Part shown: positions 5,528 through 14,839 of the stretch, piece by piece | How the letters are laid out: the number at the start of each line of letters is the position of its first letter | Numbering within the stretch: position 1 is the first letter of the stretch | Virus record (IMG/VR): IMGVR_UViG_3300033067_000303 | Span: 1 to 28,630 of that record | Length of the DNA stretch: 28,630 bases | Direction: 5' to 3' (one strand) | Source of the DNA: a virus | Taxonomy: Duplodnaviria > Caudoviricetes | Program-made: the position numbers and the translations under genes | Notes under the pieces: generated by a model | Databases searched by the model: none | What the model was told of the DNA's origin: nothing | What the model saw: the letters and a program-made list of their open reading frames with translations, nothing else

Positions 5528-7325
5528 ACGATTGAACCTGTTTTCTCCTGATTAGATCAGCAGCAAATTTCGGGTCTTGCATGGCCTTGATAAGCGTCTT
5601 TTCGATATTTGGCTCTTGCGCCTTCATTGCCCAATTAACCGGGCGTAGCAAAGTCGGCCATATGTTCGCTTCAGCAAATCCAGCCGGTGCACCAAGCGGC
5701 CCCGCTATCTGGCGAAGCAGGTTTTGTGCGCCAAGATTCTGAGCTGTTGGAGATCCAGCAGCGCGGCCCAAGTTATCCGCTGCGGCTTTACGTGCAAGGT
5801 CTTTACGAACGTCTGCTATGGTCTGATAAGCAACAGGATCAAGCGTATCTTTAAGCGTTGCACGATTGAATCCGGTCACTTGTTGCGCGAGTGCGTTTCC
5901 ATCACGAACAACACGCGATAGCGACTCATTTCGCAAAGTTGGATTACCCATCGCATCTTCTGCGGCAGATGAAGATTTCCGTAGTATCTCGTTGCCAACC
6001 TTCATGCTATTGATTGGCTTGGACATATCAGCGAATACTTGACGAGCATTTCCGTATAACGGAGATACGGTTTCTAACTCTGAAAGCAGCTTTGTTTTAA
6101 TGCTATTCAGCGCCTTGTCTCCGTGTGCAGCCAATGAAGAACTAGGCGTCTTTCCGTTCAATGCTTGATCTAGCGCGAGCTTTATATAATGCAACCCTTG
6201 AACAGAGGTAAGCGGGTCTTTAATTGGCTCGCCCATGTTTGCGGACAGCGTTTTTGCTGCATCAATCGCATCTTTAAATGCTGGACGACCTGCCAATTCC
6301 CTAAGTCCTTCGGTTGCCAAATCATCAGGTTTTGCGCGGCCACCCTCTGTCATCCACGCTCTGTCTGCAACCTCCTTAGTTGCCAACTCTCTACGCATTG
6401 CATCAGATGCGTATGCGCGTCCATATAGAGCATTTGCCGCACCCTCTCGCAAAGCATCTGCTTCAGATATGGCAACATCACTACCGCCAGCCGAGCGCAT
6501 TGCCTTAACCCGCGCCGCATTGTTCGCTAGTTGCTGCTCTGCCGTGCCGACTGCGAATTGACGCTGAAGGTTAGAAATACCAGGATCGAGCGCCGCTTCT
6601 GCCAAAGTCGGATTTACGCCGGGAACTTTTGACGAATACGCCGCAGCACGTTCTACGCGAGAAGGATCAACAGCGAATTGGCGCAAAGTACGCCCGACGA
6701 TATTTTCCTGCCCCTTCTGCGTGAATGGTTCGACAATGCCTTTCAATCCACTGTAAGCAGCAGGAATAGCGCGGCCTGCAAAAGTCCCTACGGCACCGCC
6801 AATAGCGCCTAATGTTCCATCTGTAGCACGTTGCTCAAGGTCGCCATATTTCAGGCCACCAAGCGCCGCACCAGTTGCCGCATTAGCTGCGTAAGGATTC
6901 GCCAAAACTGGCACTTTTGACGTGATAGCTCCAACTGGCAGAGCCTTTGCGCCGAGATAGGTTAATCCGACTTGTGCGCCAATATCACCAACCGGGCCAG
7001 CAATCGGAAATTGCTTATTGATCTCTCTCGCTAGTGCATCCTGATTAGCGCCTTCTTTCGTATCGCCACCACCAACCATCTGGCGAAGGCCGCGAACATA
7101 CTGCATCGCTGTGTTGCCACCTTGTGCGATTGCCGCAGTAATCGGGTTTTGCTCAGATACGACAGAAGCCAAAGAGTCAGCAAATGCGTCTTTGCCAATC
7201 TTCTTTGGCTCTTCTTTCTTTCCGTAACTTAGTGCATTTTTCTTGATTGCAGAAACAATCTGCGAATCAGTCATATCATCAGGAAATTGAACTTCACCAT
7301 GCCCAGGAACTTCAACAATCGGCAT
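5448..7325 (-). CDS. Internal virion / DNA ejection protein (large)
   Basis: 625 aa, Ala/Gly-rich with GALGG/GAIGG membrane-like segments; sits before the tail fibre. Confidence 0.75.
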   Translation of the reverse strand: MPIVEVPGHGEVQFPDDMTDSQIVSAIKKNALSYGKKEEPKKIGKDAFADSLASVVSEQNPITAAIAQGGNTAMQYVRGLRQMVGGGDTKEGANQDALAREINKQFPIAGPVGDIGAQVGLTYLGAKALPVGAITSKVPVLANPYAANAATGAALGGLKYGDLEQRATDGTLGAIGGAVGTFAGRAIPAAYSGLKGIVEPFTQKGQENIVGRTLRQFAVDPSRVERAAAYSSKVPGVNPTLAEAALDPGISNLQRQFAVGTAEQQLANNAARVKAMRSAGGSDVAISEADALREGAANALYGRAYASDAMRRELATKEVADRAWMTEGGRAKPDDLATEGLRELAGRPAFKDAIDAAKTLSANMGEPIKDPLTSVQGLHYIKLALDQALNGKTPSSSLAAHGDKALNSIKTKLLSELETVSPLYGNARQVFADMSKPINSMKVGNEILRKSSSAAEDAMGNPTLRNESLSRVVRDGNALAQQVTGFNRATLKDTLDPVAYQTIADVRKDLARKAAADNLGRAAGSPTAQNLGAQNLLRQIAGPLGAPAGFAEANIWPTLLRPVNWAMKAQEPNIEKTLIKAMQDPKFAADLIRRKQVQSSIGSLLGPVENYAIPGVSLGLLSEHR

Positions 7326-8728
7326 TATTCAATCCTCCCCGTAGATGGATTGTATCGTTTTACTCCTGACTTCTTACCGGTTGATAGAACGTCACGCGCA
7401 TCGTCTGATTGCTTCAGATACGTTCCGGCGATTTCGCGCATGGTCTTGACCGCATCAACCATGTCGTCGTATGACTTAGGATCAGCGAAACGACCTGCCG
7501 CAGCGTCGTAGCGCACCGCATCAGCCGATGACACCCCAGCCCCGAGAGAGCCGCGAGCAAGCACCAAGTTTTGGCCTAGTTCTCTAATGCGCTGCGTGTT
7601 GATAGACGCCCTGGATTGCATTCCGTACTCATGCGCCAACATCTTCCCGCGATCAGCAGGAGAGTTGCCAAGCACAAGAGACTTGTCTTTTAGGCGACTG
7701 TCAATTTGATCAATCGTATTCAGGATATTCTGCTGCCCTGCCGCTTGCGAAGATGCGTCTTGAGCCGCTTTCTTATCCACCTCAACAACTCCACCTTGAC
7801 GAGCCTTTTCAGCGTCGGACTGGAGAACAATCCCAAGGCTTTGCGCTTCCTTGCGGAGAGCAGGATCATTCGGGTATTGCTGAAACTCCTGGCGAACAAT
7901 CTCTTTCCTGTCGCCATCTCTAGCCATTTGTTGCTGCGGTGAAACCCGCATCGCCGGATCATTGATCTGCTTCACAATCTTGGCGCGGGTCGTTAATGTC
8001 GGATTTCCACCTTGCGGCGTAATCGTCTGCGTATCCCATCCAGCCCTAGCCCCTTCGTCTAGCATTTTGTATGCGCCGTAGGTGTCCAGTGCTCCAGCCG
8101 GGGCGGAAACAACGGGAAGTCCATCAGGACCGATTTGAGTTAGTGAGGATTGGCCGTTTTGCGAAACGCTCATTCCGGGAAGGTATCCAGGCTTCAGATT
8201 TCGTTTGTCGTAGGCGTAACCATTTGAAACCTGCATATCAGGCTTTGACGCATCGTTCAGCCAAGCTCCGATGTTCTTTCCACCGTTGAAAGCGTAATCA
8301 GCAGCCACGGCACGGCCATTGATTGACGGAGGAATTCCCGCTTGCTGTCCTGCTTGATCTGTAGCAGCCTGACCACCTGACGACTGACCAGAGAGCGAGT
8401 CAATGAACGCTTGTTGGCGCTGTTGCTGCTCCTGATCCTTCTTCATCTTAGCCAACGACATGGCCATCTGCAACGACTGGCCCTGGTCTTTCTGTGCATC
8501 GTTGATCGTGTTCTGATAGCTCTGCAAACCAGCCGCACCGCCAGCCCCGAGCGCATTAAACAGCGCCTGCGACTGTGATCGCCCTTGGTTATTCGCCATC
8601 ATTCCGAAGCCAGCATTCATCAGCGCATAGTTCCGTGCCGTCCGTCGTTCTTCTTCGGATGGCTGGTTCAGCGACTTAACTTTCGCCAGAATTTCCGGGT
8701 CTATCCCCAAATCGAGTAGAGATGCCAT
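7325..8728 (-). CDS. Internal virion / DNA ejection protein
   Basis: 467 aa, Gln/Ala-rich helical N-terminus; synteny. Confidence 0.7.
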   Translation of the reverse strand: MASLLDLGIDPEILAKVKSLNQPSEEERRTARNYALMNAGFGMMANNQGRSQSQALFNALGAGGAAGLQSYQNTINDAQKDQGQSLQMAMSLAKMKKDQEQQQRQQAFIDSLSGQSSGGQAATDQAGQQAGIPPSINGRAVAADYAFNGGKNIGAWLNDASKPDMQVSNGYAYDKRNLKPGYLPGMSVSQNGQSSLTQIGPDGLPVVSAPAGALDTYGAYKMLDEGARAGWDTQTITPQGGNPTLTTRAKIVKQINDPAMRVSPQQQMARDGDRKEIVRQEFQQYPNDPALRKEAQSLGIVLQSDAEKARQGGVVEVDKKAAQDASSQAAGQQNILNTIDQIDSRLKDKSLVLGNSPADRGKMLAHEYGMQSRASINTQRIRELGQNLVLARGSLGAGVSSADAVRYDAAAGRFADPKSYDDMVDAVKTMREIAGTYLKQSDDARDVLSTGKKSGVKRYNPSTGRIE

Positions 8729-8731
8729 TAT

Positions 8732-9643
8732 TTACCCCAAGATTCCTCGCTGACGGACGTTAGCCCCGTAGCGTTTTGGATTGAATCCGCCATTGAATTG
8801 TGCGTAAGGCGATGTTGCCTGTAGCGACATGGCCGGACGAGATTGGTTCGGTTCCATCGCAATGCCGTTCATAGCCCCCTGCGCTCTAGCCTGTTGCAAC
8901 ATGGCGCGTTGCTTGGCCTGCTGTTCAGCGCCCTGCGTCTGCTTCAGGTACAACTCGCCGCCCTTCATGCCTAGCTTCGTCCAGTCCGTACCCTTGGCAT
9001 AAGTACCCGCACCAACAGATGCAGACGTACCTTCAAGACCAGGACCAACACCGCCCACGCCTGCCGCCGAACTGAATTGAGAATTTGGCATGGTCATGAA
9101 TTGCGTATTCGTTGCAGACGAACTAGGCGAACTCAACCCCTGATAACCAAGCTCATTAACCGGCTGGCCAAAATTACTTGGCTGGCTTAATAGCCCGGTA
9201 GCACTCGCGCTATCCGCAGCCTGTAGCGCATTGGCCGTATCTGCTGCATTGGCAATTTCTGCTCCGCTGGATACCGTTCCTGCGGCTTGTCCGCCCGTTG
9301 AGGCAAGACCTGACCCGGTTGATTCAGTTGCTGCCAATCCACCATTAGCGCCTTCTGCTGCCGTTGATCCAAGGCTTCCCATCTGAGCATAAGAGCCGAG
9401 CGCAGAGAGCGCAGCGCCGCTCCAATTACCTGTTGATGCTTTATCGGCTGCGCCAACCGCCGATCCAACCCCAGGAAGGAACGCATCGACAATCAACGGC
9501 GCGATAGTCTCAAAATACGGTCGCTGTCCTTTTGTTTCACTAGACCCAGTTGTCCATGTCTGCACCTTGTTGTGCATCGGATCAACGTCGTCAAGAATAG
9601 GATCGAGGAAGTTAAATACTGATCCGAGTAGTCCGTATCCCAT
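8732..9643 (-). CDS. Internal virion / ejection protein (Ala/Gly/Ser-rich)
   Basis: 303-aa low-complexity protein; synteny. Confidence 0.65.
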   Translation of the reverse strand: MGYGLLGSVFNFLDPILDDVDPMHNKVQTWTTGSSETKGQRPYFETIAPLIVDAFLPGVGSAVGAADKASTGNWSGAALSALGSYAQMGSLGSTAAEGANGGLAATESTGSGLASTGGQAAGTVSSGAEIANAADTANALQAADSASATGLLSQPSNFGQPVNELGYQGLSSPSSSATNTQFMTMPNSQFSSAAGVGGVGPGLEGTSASVGAGTYAKGTDWTKLGMKGGELYLKQTQGAEQQAKQRAMLQQARAQGAMNGIAMEPNQSRPAMSLQATSPYAQFNGGFNPKRYGANVRQRGILG

Positions 9644-10548
9644 TATGAGCTCCAGATGCTCTTGAGTGCGCCGCTTATGTCTCCATTCGTCGCTTCGTTC
9701 AGCAAGCCATAACCAGCCAAGCCGGAAGCGACTGCGTTTCCATAGCGGTTCGCTGTGTAAGGATTAGAGGCATAGCCAGCCGCCTGCACAGAACCCTGAC
9801 CATTCACCGCCGCTCCCAATGAGTTAGCCAGAACGTCAATCTGACGATATGGCTGATTCTGTTGTGCCAGCCAGTCAGAGTATTGGTTGTTGAGTTGATC
9901 CTGCGATTCCTGGCGCTGAATGTCGCCAACCCCAATTAGCTGTTGCGCGTTGTTGTAGTCGATATTTCCGTACTGATTCGACAGGGAAGCGTCTTTAAGC
10001 TGGTTATTTCGTTCTGTGGTATAGGCCTGACCGTAAGCATTTGTTGCCGCGTCCGAAAGGCCTCGTTGCAAAGTCTCTTGATGCGCCGTGGTGCCGTAGT
10101 TGTTACCGCCAAACTGACTATTTATACGCCCCTGTACGTCGTTCATGGCGGTATTGACCATGCCTTTCAGGTAGGGGTTTGAATCCGGCGTAAGATACTT
10201 TCCGGACATCGTATCGGTGTAGTTCTGCCGCGCCGCAGCTTCTTCAGGAGACCCATTGAGCGCACGACCACGAACCTGATTCAACCCTGCCGTCTGATCG
10301 CCAGTCATGTCGGCAATGCGCTGGCCTTGGTATGTCTGGTAAGGCGTGTTAGAGAGAGCCTCGCCGCGAGCAAGAATATTCTGCGCTGCCGGTTGCGCCC
10401 AAGCCGGGATTTCTTTTGTTTGCACGGACGTGGTATTGGCCGGCGGGCCAGAAGGGTCGCCGCCTCCGCCTTCCAGTGTCTCCAGCCGCCCGAACCGCGA
10501 CCGGAACGCACGCTGCGGAAGAAGTCCGTCGATAGTGTATTTACTCAT
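9643..10548 (-). CDS. Internal virion / ejection protein
   Basis: 301 aa, Gln/Asn-rich, N-terminal leader followed by GGGG; follows the GNAT-like gene as in other podoviruses. Confidence 0.7.
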   Translation of the reverse strand: MSKYTIDGLLPQRAFRSRFGRLETLEGGGGDPSGPPANTTSVQTKEIPAWAQPAAQNILARGEALSNTPYQTYQGQRIADMTGDQTAGLNQVRGRALNGSPEEAAARQNYTDTMSGKYLTPDSNPYLKGMVNTAMNDVQGRINSQFGGNNYGTTAHQETLQRGLSDAATNAYGQAYTTERNNQLKDASLSNQYGNIDYNNAQQLIGVGDIQRQESQDQLNNQYSDWLAQQNQPYRQIDVLANSLGAAVNGQGSVQAAGYASNPYTANRYGNAVASGLAGYGLLNEATNGDISGALKSIWSS

Positions 10549-10570
10549 TGCTGCGCCTCCCGGCGTTTAG
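10549..10570 (-). promoter_or_regulatory. Repeated hairpin element (copy before the first ejection gene)
   Basis: CTAAA CGCC GGGA GGCG CAGCA ATG. Confidence 0.55.
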
Positions 10571-10573
10571 TAA

Positions 10574-10981
10574 CTAGAGCAGCTTTTCAACGATTCGATA
10601 ACGCTCTTCAAAATTAAACTTCTGCCGCCAGAGTCGTTCAACTGATTCTCTCGCTGCGCCTTGAATCTTTGTACAACCTTGAGCTTTAGCCCACCCCTGC
10701 AACTGGTCGAACATATCCGCAGAAGTGATTAACCGACCGCCGATAGCCATAATGAAACAGATATTATCGTTAGGCCATTTATCGAGGCTTATCGCCGCAG
10801 CGCCTTTAATAGTGCCGTTATCATCAGCAACCAAAAGAGTCTTTGCGCCACTCGATAACATCGCTTTAAGCTGGTCAATATTGTATTCGCCACCGGAATA
10901 TTTCAACGCATTAGCCAACATTTCACCTACCATCGGCCATATCTGGCACACATAGGATGGATTGACTTGCTGGATTATCAT
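10574..10981 (-). CDS. GNAT-like (acetyltransferase fold) virion assembly protein
   Basis: WAKAQGCTKIQG..R...RLW pattern; usual podoviral position between tail and ejection genes. Confidence 0.7.
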   Translation of the reverse strand: MIIQQVNPSYVCQIWPMVGEMLANALKYSGGEYNIDQLKAMLSSGAKTLLVADDNGTIKGAAAISLDKWPNDNICFIMAIGGRLITSADMFDQLQGWAKAQGCTKIQGAARESVERLWRQKFNFEERYRIVEKLL

Positions 10982-11286
10982 TAGTTACCTGTCAGCGATC
11001 TTATTTGAAGCCATGTTCCAGGCGATCCACTTACTGTGCAGCACCAACCTAAAACCAGATACTTATTGCCTGCTCCGCCTAATTCACTCGGCGCTGTGTT
11101 CTTGCATTTGTCACCCTGCGACCATGTTCCAGATGTTGGTGCAGATGTTCCAGACGTTTCCCACATATACGAATCATTATGGGCAATTGATATTGCGCGG
11201 AATACCTCATATAAGCGAGTATTCAATGCCATTATTTTAGCATCATTTGAATCTGGTAATCTTGGATTAGATTGGAGTTTATTCAT
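10981..11286 (-). CDS. Small tail-associated protein
   Basis: Start MNKLQ at 11286; APTSGTWSQGD...GW.C.VSGSPGTW motif seen in phage tail proteins. Confidence 0.65.
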   Translation of the reverse strand: MNKLQSNPRLPDSNDAKIMALNTRLYEVFRAISIAHNDSYMWETSGTSAPTSGTWSQGDKCKNTAPSELGGAGNKYLVLGWCCTVSGSPGTWLQIRSLTGN

Positions 11287-12112
11287 TTTTATATGCCATA
11301 TATCCACCAAGGCCAAATAAACCTCCAGCTCCAATAGACCCTAACAAATATGGGTCTGCGTAACCTAGCAAATCAGCTTCATGGCGGCGCATTGGGTCGA
11401 ATGCGGCGAAGCGTGAGCGAACGGCAGAAGGATCACGAACAACATATTCAGGAGAAATATGGGTCCAGTCTTTAAACTCACCATTTTTTAACAATACAGG
11501 CATCACATTAGGGCCAGCATCACCAGCGTTCTTTGCTTTCCACGCTTTAACTTTGTCTGTGTTTCCAGCTATGGAAGCATCAACGTCTGCATATTGGCTT
11601 GCGTAACTTGCATCTGGAGAAAAGAAAAACCTATCTCCATACGGCGTTTTTGTTGTCTTTTTAAACTTATCTACATCTGCTTGCGTTGCGTGATAAGCAG
11701 GAGTGTTATAGCCAAGCGCATCTGCACGTTGCATCGCCGTGTTATCTGCAGGCAATCCCAATCCACCCTGCTCAACTGGTAATGCTGCGTTCTTCTGTGC
11801 GGTAAGGTGGCGCTGCTCGAATTCGGTTAGCTTCTTACCTGATAGCGCATCAGCCGCTTTGCCAACGCCTTTCACCGTTCCAGCTGTAACGAACGGCAGC
11901 ACGCCTAGAGCATTCATCGCAGCACTTGGATAGTCACCCTTGGCAGCGTCGTAAATCGCCATCCCGCCAGATAGCGCATCACCGACTACGGGAATATTCG
12001 TCGCCGCATCCAGCAAGCCGCGAATGTTCATTTCCTGGCCGGGAATCTGACGATCAGATTTACGCGGTTTTGCACCGTTGACCGTGTAATACGAGGAATC
12101 TAATAGCCCCAT
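11279..12112 (-). CDS. Pre-toxin TG-like plus ADP-ribosyltransferase-like (ART-PolyVal type) protein
   Basis: IPVVGD...GDY..A..NALGVLPFV; YHAT...FFFS....ASQYA...VMPVLL...EYVVRDPSAVRSRFAAFDP. Confidence 0.65.
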   Translation of the reverse strand: MGLLDSSYYTVNGAKPRKSDRQIPGQEMNIRGLLDAATNIPVVGDALSGGMAIYDAAKGDYPSAAMNALGVLPFVTAGTVKGVGKAADALSGKKLTEFEQRHLTAQKNAALPVEQGGLGLPADNTAMQRADALGYNTPAYHATQADVDKFKKTTKTPYGDRFFFSPDASYASQYADVDASIAGNTDKVKAWKAKNAGDAGPNVMPVLLKNGEFKDWTHISPEYVVRDPSAVRSRFAAFDPMRRHEADLLGYADPYLLGSIGAGGLFGLGGYMAYKNE

Positions 12113-13560
12113 TATTCAATCCCATCCGGCGACATATTCAGATCAAATCCGCTAATCGCCATATCACCATTATAGATGAATTCCATCTTATGCCATCTAG
12201 CCGACCATATTAAGTCGTACCATTGATTTAAATAAGTTGATGTATTACCAGCAATAAACGTACTCGCATCAGTATTTGAATACGAGTAATTAACTGTTGA
12301 AGAATTTGGGGACTTAATAAACCTTGGCTTAATGCGGGATAGAGTTGAATAACTCATATTATCACCGTAGTGCCCTGAGATAATACTAGACTCAACAGGA
12401 GTACCGCTTATCTGATATGCCTTATGATCCGTTCCGAATACAGCAACAACAGATGATCCCGACGTCCAGAACGGAGAATCAAGGCCGACAGACGGCAATC
12501 CATCTATTGTTGAATATATAGAGCCAAGGCCATCAATGGTTAATCCTGACGCGACGTAATCAGCAACGTATTCAATCTCTTGATCCATCCTTCCCCATTG
12601 GCCCGTCTTGATGTTATAGACGATGCACTTATCCAGTGCGCCATTTCCTGACTTTGATACAAACCACCAATACGCTCGCTGATTTATGCGGTCGAATGTG
12701 CCACAAGTGCGATAGGCGTATTTCTGATCAAGATTGGTAAAGAACCAGTTTCTACACGGTGGATTCAATGCTTGCGGGCGAGAACCATCGAACATGTAAA
12801 AATCATCTGGCCCGATGAAGAAGTGCGCTGTCCCGGTGTTGACGACCGCTTCCTGACAGGGCGTGCCAATGTCGCCAGGGATACGCTGGAAGTTCCACAC
12901 AGCAGGAACGCCAACATACTGCCCTATGTACATGGCCTTGTCTTTGTAAGCGATAATAACGTCGCCAAGCCGCTTGCCTGCGGTAATTGGCCCTGCGCTA
13001 TCCAGTAGCTGACCGGAAACGCACTGTGTAGCCACAGAAGGAGTCCAATCGGTATAGGAACCAACCGCAGAACATGCCCAACGGGTTACATCGTTTCCGA
13101 ACCCCATCCCGTCGATATTGAAGGCGAATACCTGATTATTAATTGCCTCGATAATGTCGGACTTAGGGGCCGTTCCTGCATCAGCGAAAGATGCTCCGCT
13201 GGCGATGTATTGAATAGTGGCTGACTTGGCAGAAGCTAGCGTGACATCACCAAATTGCGCAAATCGCCATCTGTCATCGACCCCTAAGGTATAGCCGCCA
13301 ACCTTTGAAATGTCCGACCACGCTCCCCCCGATTGGAGATAGAGCTTTGACGTATCGCCACAGAGAACCCGAGCAGAGTTATCCAGCCGTCTAGCAACAG
13401 AAAACCCCTTGGCCGCTGTACCAATCGCACCAAGTCCGCAATCGACGCGGGAAGGCGCTGCAACGAACGAACCAATAGCTGGCAGAATGTTCTTGCAGTC
13501 CAAGAAAATCCCCGGAGTTTCAGGCGCAACATCAGGAGAGAAGCCAACGAACGGGATCAT
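12112..13560 (-). CDS. Tail tubular / nozzle (head-stabilisation) protein
   Basis: 482 aa, beta-rich propeller-like sequence; follows the adaptor. Confidence 0.75.
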   Translation of the reverse strand: MIPFVGFSPDVAPETPGIFLDCKNILPAIGSFVAAPSRVDCGLGAIGTAAKGFSVARRLDNSARVLCGDTSKLYLQSGGAWSDISKVGGYTLGVDDRWRFAQFGDVTLASAKSATIQYIASGASFADAGTAPKSDIIEAINNQVFAFNIDGMGFGNDVTRWACSAVGSYTDWTPSVATQCVSGQLLDSAGPITAGKRLGDVIIAYKDKAMYIGQYVGVPAVWNFQRIPGDIGTPCQEAVVNTGTAHFFIGPDDFYMFDGSRPQALNPPCRNWFFTNLDQKYAYRTCGTFDRINQRAYWWFVSKSGNGALDKCIVYNIKTGQWGRMDQEIEYVADYVASGLTIDGLGSIYSTIDGLPSVGLDSPFWTSGSSVVAVFGTDHKAYQISGTPVESSIISGHYGDNMSYSTLSRIKPRFIKSPNSSTVNYSYSNTDASTFIAGNTSTYLNQWYDLIWSARWHKMEFIYNGDMAISGFDLNMSPDGIE

Positions 13561-14171
13561 GCCCTTACATCCGAGCGAACAATCATGGTCGAACCGGAAT
13601 ACCAGTCCTGAGCATTGACGGTATCAATAGACTCACGGTACTTCGCGTCCCACACCTGAATCCGATTGTCATCCTTCAGGTAAGGTGCGGCCTCGCACAA
13701 TGTGGCGTACAGATAGACATGCGGGTACGTCGCCAAAAGCCAATTGGTTGTATTGGAATTCGACAGCGACGGAACACGCGCCTTATAGACCAGATCAACC
13801 GGATACACCGCATCCGGAACAGGAGCGAAGTTGATATTTCCACCGATGATCGTATAAATCAGCGGCACGCCTGTGTAACCGCTTGGGTATTGCGTCTCAA
13901 ACGTGTCAGGAGAGGTGTATTTCAACGTCTTGACCGGATTTGTCGAGATTGAAACGTGACGAATGTTGATTAGATCATTCGGCAGCGCCAATGATTCGTT
14001 ATTCGCTACAGTGGAAAGTGACGTTTTCGTGTCCTGCAATCGTGCATCAAGGTCGCCATTGATACGTTGCTCTGCCAACATGATGAAGTCAGGTACGGCA
14101 GATGCAAGGTCGCCACGGTGCAGCCAGCTTTGGACGCTGGCTTGCAACTCGGAATAGGTCGAGATACTCAT
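13557..14171 (-). CDS. Head-tail adaptor protein
   Basis: TYSELQ..V..WL.R.DL...PDFI.LAE and NWLL..YP..YLYA.L.EA.PYLK.D.RI..W motifs. Confidence 0.85.
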   Translation of the reverse strand: MSISTYSELQASVQSWLHRGDLASAVPDFIMLAEQRINGDLDARLQDTKTSLSTVANNESLALPNDLINIRHVSISTNPVKTLKYTSPDTFETQYPSGYTGVPLIYTIIGGNINFAPVPDAVYPVDLVYKARVPSLSNSNTTNWLLATYPHVYLYATLCEAAPYLKDDNRIQVWDAKYRESIDTVNAQDWYSGSTMIVRSDVRA

Positions 14172-14461
14172 ACTCTGCCCTCCCACACGCGAAACCCAGA
14201 AAGAGCAGGATCATTGAGCATGCGTTTAATATGGACAGGGTTCTGGATAACCTCGCTGAACTCCAGGTCATGTTGATTGCAGTAATTCTCAACAATCACA
14301 TACGGCAATTTGGCCGCTAGCTTCATTTCGCTAGAGCCAGTCCGCCCTTCTCGCTGCTGCTTCTTGCACTGCTCAAGAATGGCCGTGCAATCTTGTGTGC
14401 GCTGGACGACCATCTGATCGCCGTCAATGTGAAAGCGCGTCTGAAGGTCGAGCGCAGACAT
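14168..14461 (-). CDS. Conserved phage hypothetical protein
   Basis: 97 aa ending LNDP....FR...G, typical of genes downstream of this capsid type. Confidence 0.8.
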   Translation of the reverse strand: MSALDLQTRFHIDGDQMVVQRTQDCTAILEQCKKQQREGRTGSSEMKLAAKLPYVIVENYCNQHDLEFSEVIQNPVHIKRMLNDPALSGFRVWEGRV

Positions 14462-14766
14462 CAGACAAATTCCAGAGGAACGATGGACACTTTGCCGGCC
14501 GCAGAATCCTGAATCGCCGCGATGTGCGTTACGCCACGAGGAACAGACAGCACCGCCGAGTCGGCAGGCTGAATCAGCAGGTCATTGGCGGATGCCGTAG
14601 CAGAACCAACGCCCATCTTGACGTAGCAAGCATTAGTGGATGCGACGCGAATAAACTTCGGAATCTCCCCGCTAGAACACGCAGGGATAGCGATAGAGGT
14701 GGATGCAGCCCCCGTCGTGATGTTTGCACCAGACGTGGTTACAGTAAGGAAATCGTGATTTGCCAT
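14461..14766 (-). CDS. Small beta-rich protein, possible capsid decoration
   Basis: 101 aa directly after the major capsid gene; strong RBS. Confidence 0.7.
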   Translation of the reverse strand: MANHDFLTVTTSGANITTGAASTSIAIPACSSGEIPKFIRVASTNACYVKMGVGSATASANDLLIQPADSAVLSVPRGVTHIAAIQDSAAGKVSIVPLEFV

Positions 14767-14797
14767 TGTTGCTCCTGCGCTTCACAGCGTTAATGGG
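14767..14797 (-). promoter_or_regulatory. Repeated hairpin-RBS element
   Basis: CCCATTAA CGCT GTGA AGCG CAGGAG CAACA ATG. Confidence 0.7.
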
Positions 14798-14799
14798 AT

Positions 14800-14828
14800 A
14801 ACCCGCTAGCCTTGTGAGCCAGCGGGTT
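14800..14828 (-). terminator. Stem-loop after the major capsid gene (weak terminator or mRNA stabiliser)
   Basis: AACCCGCTGGC...GCTAGCGGGTT with only a short U tract. Confidence 0.5.
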
Positions 14829-14839
14829 TAGTCTGACGT

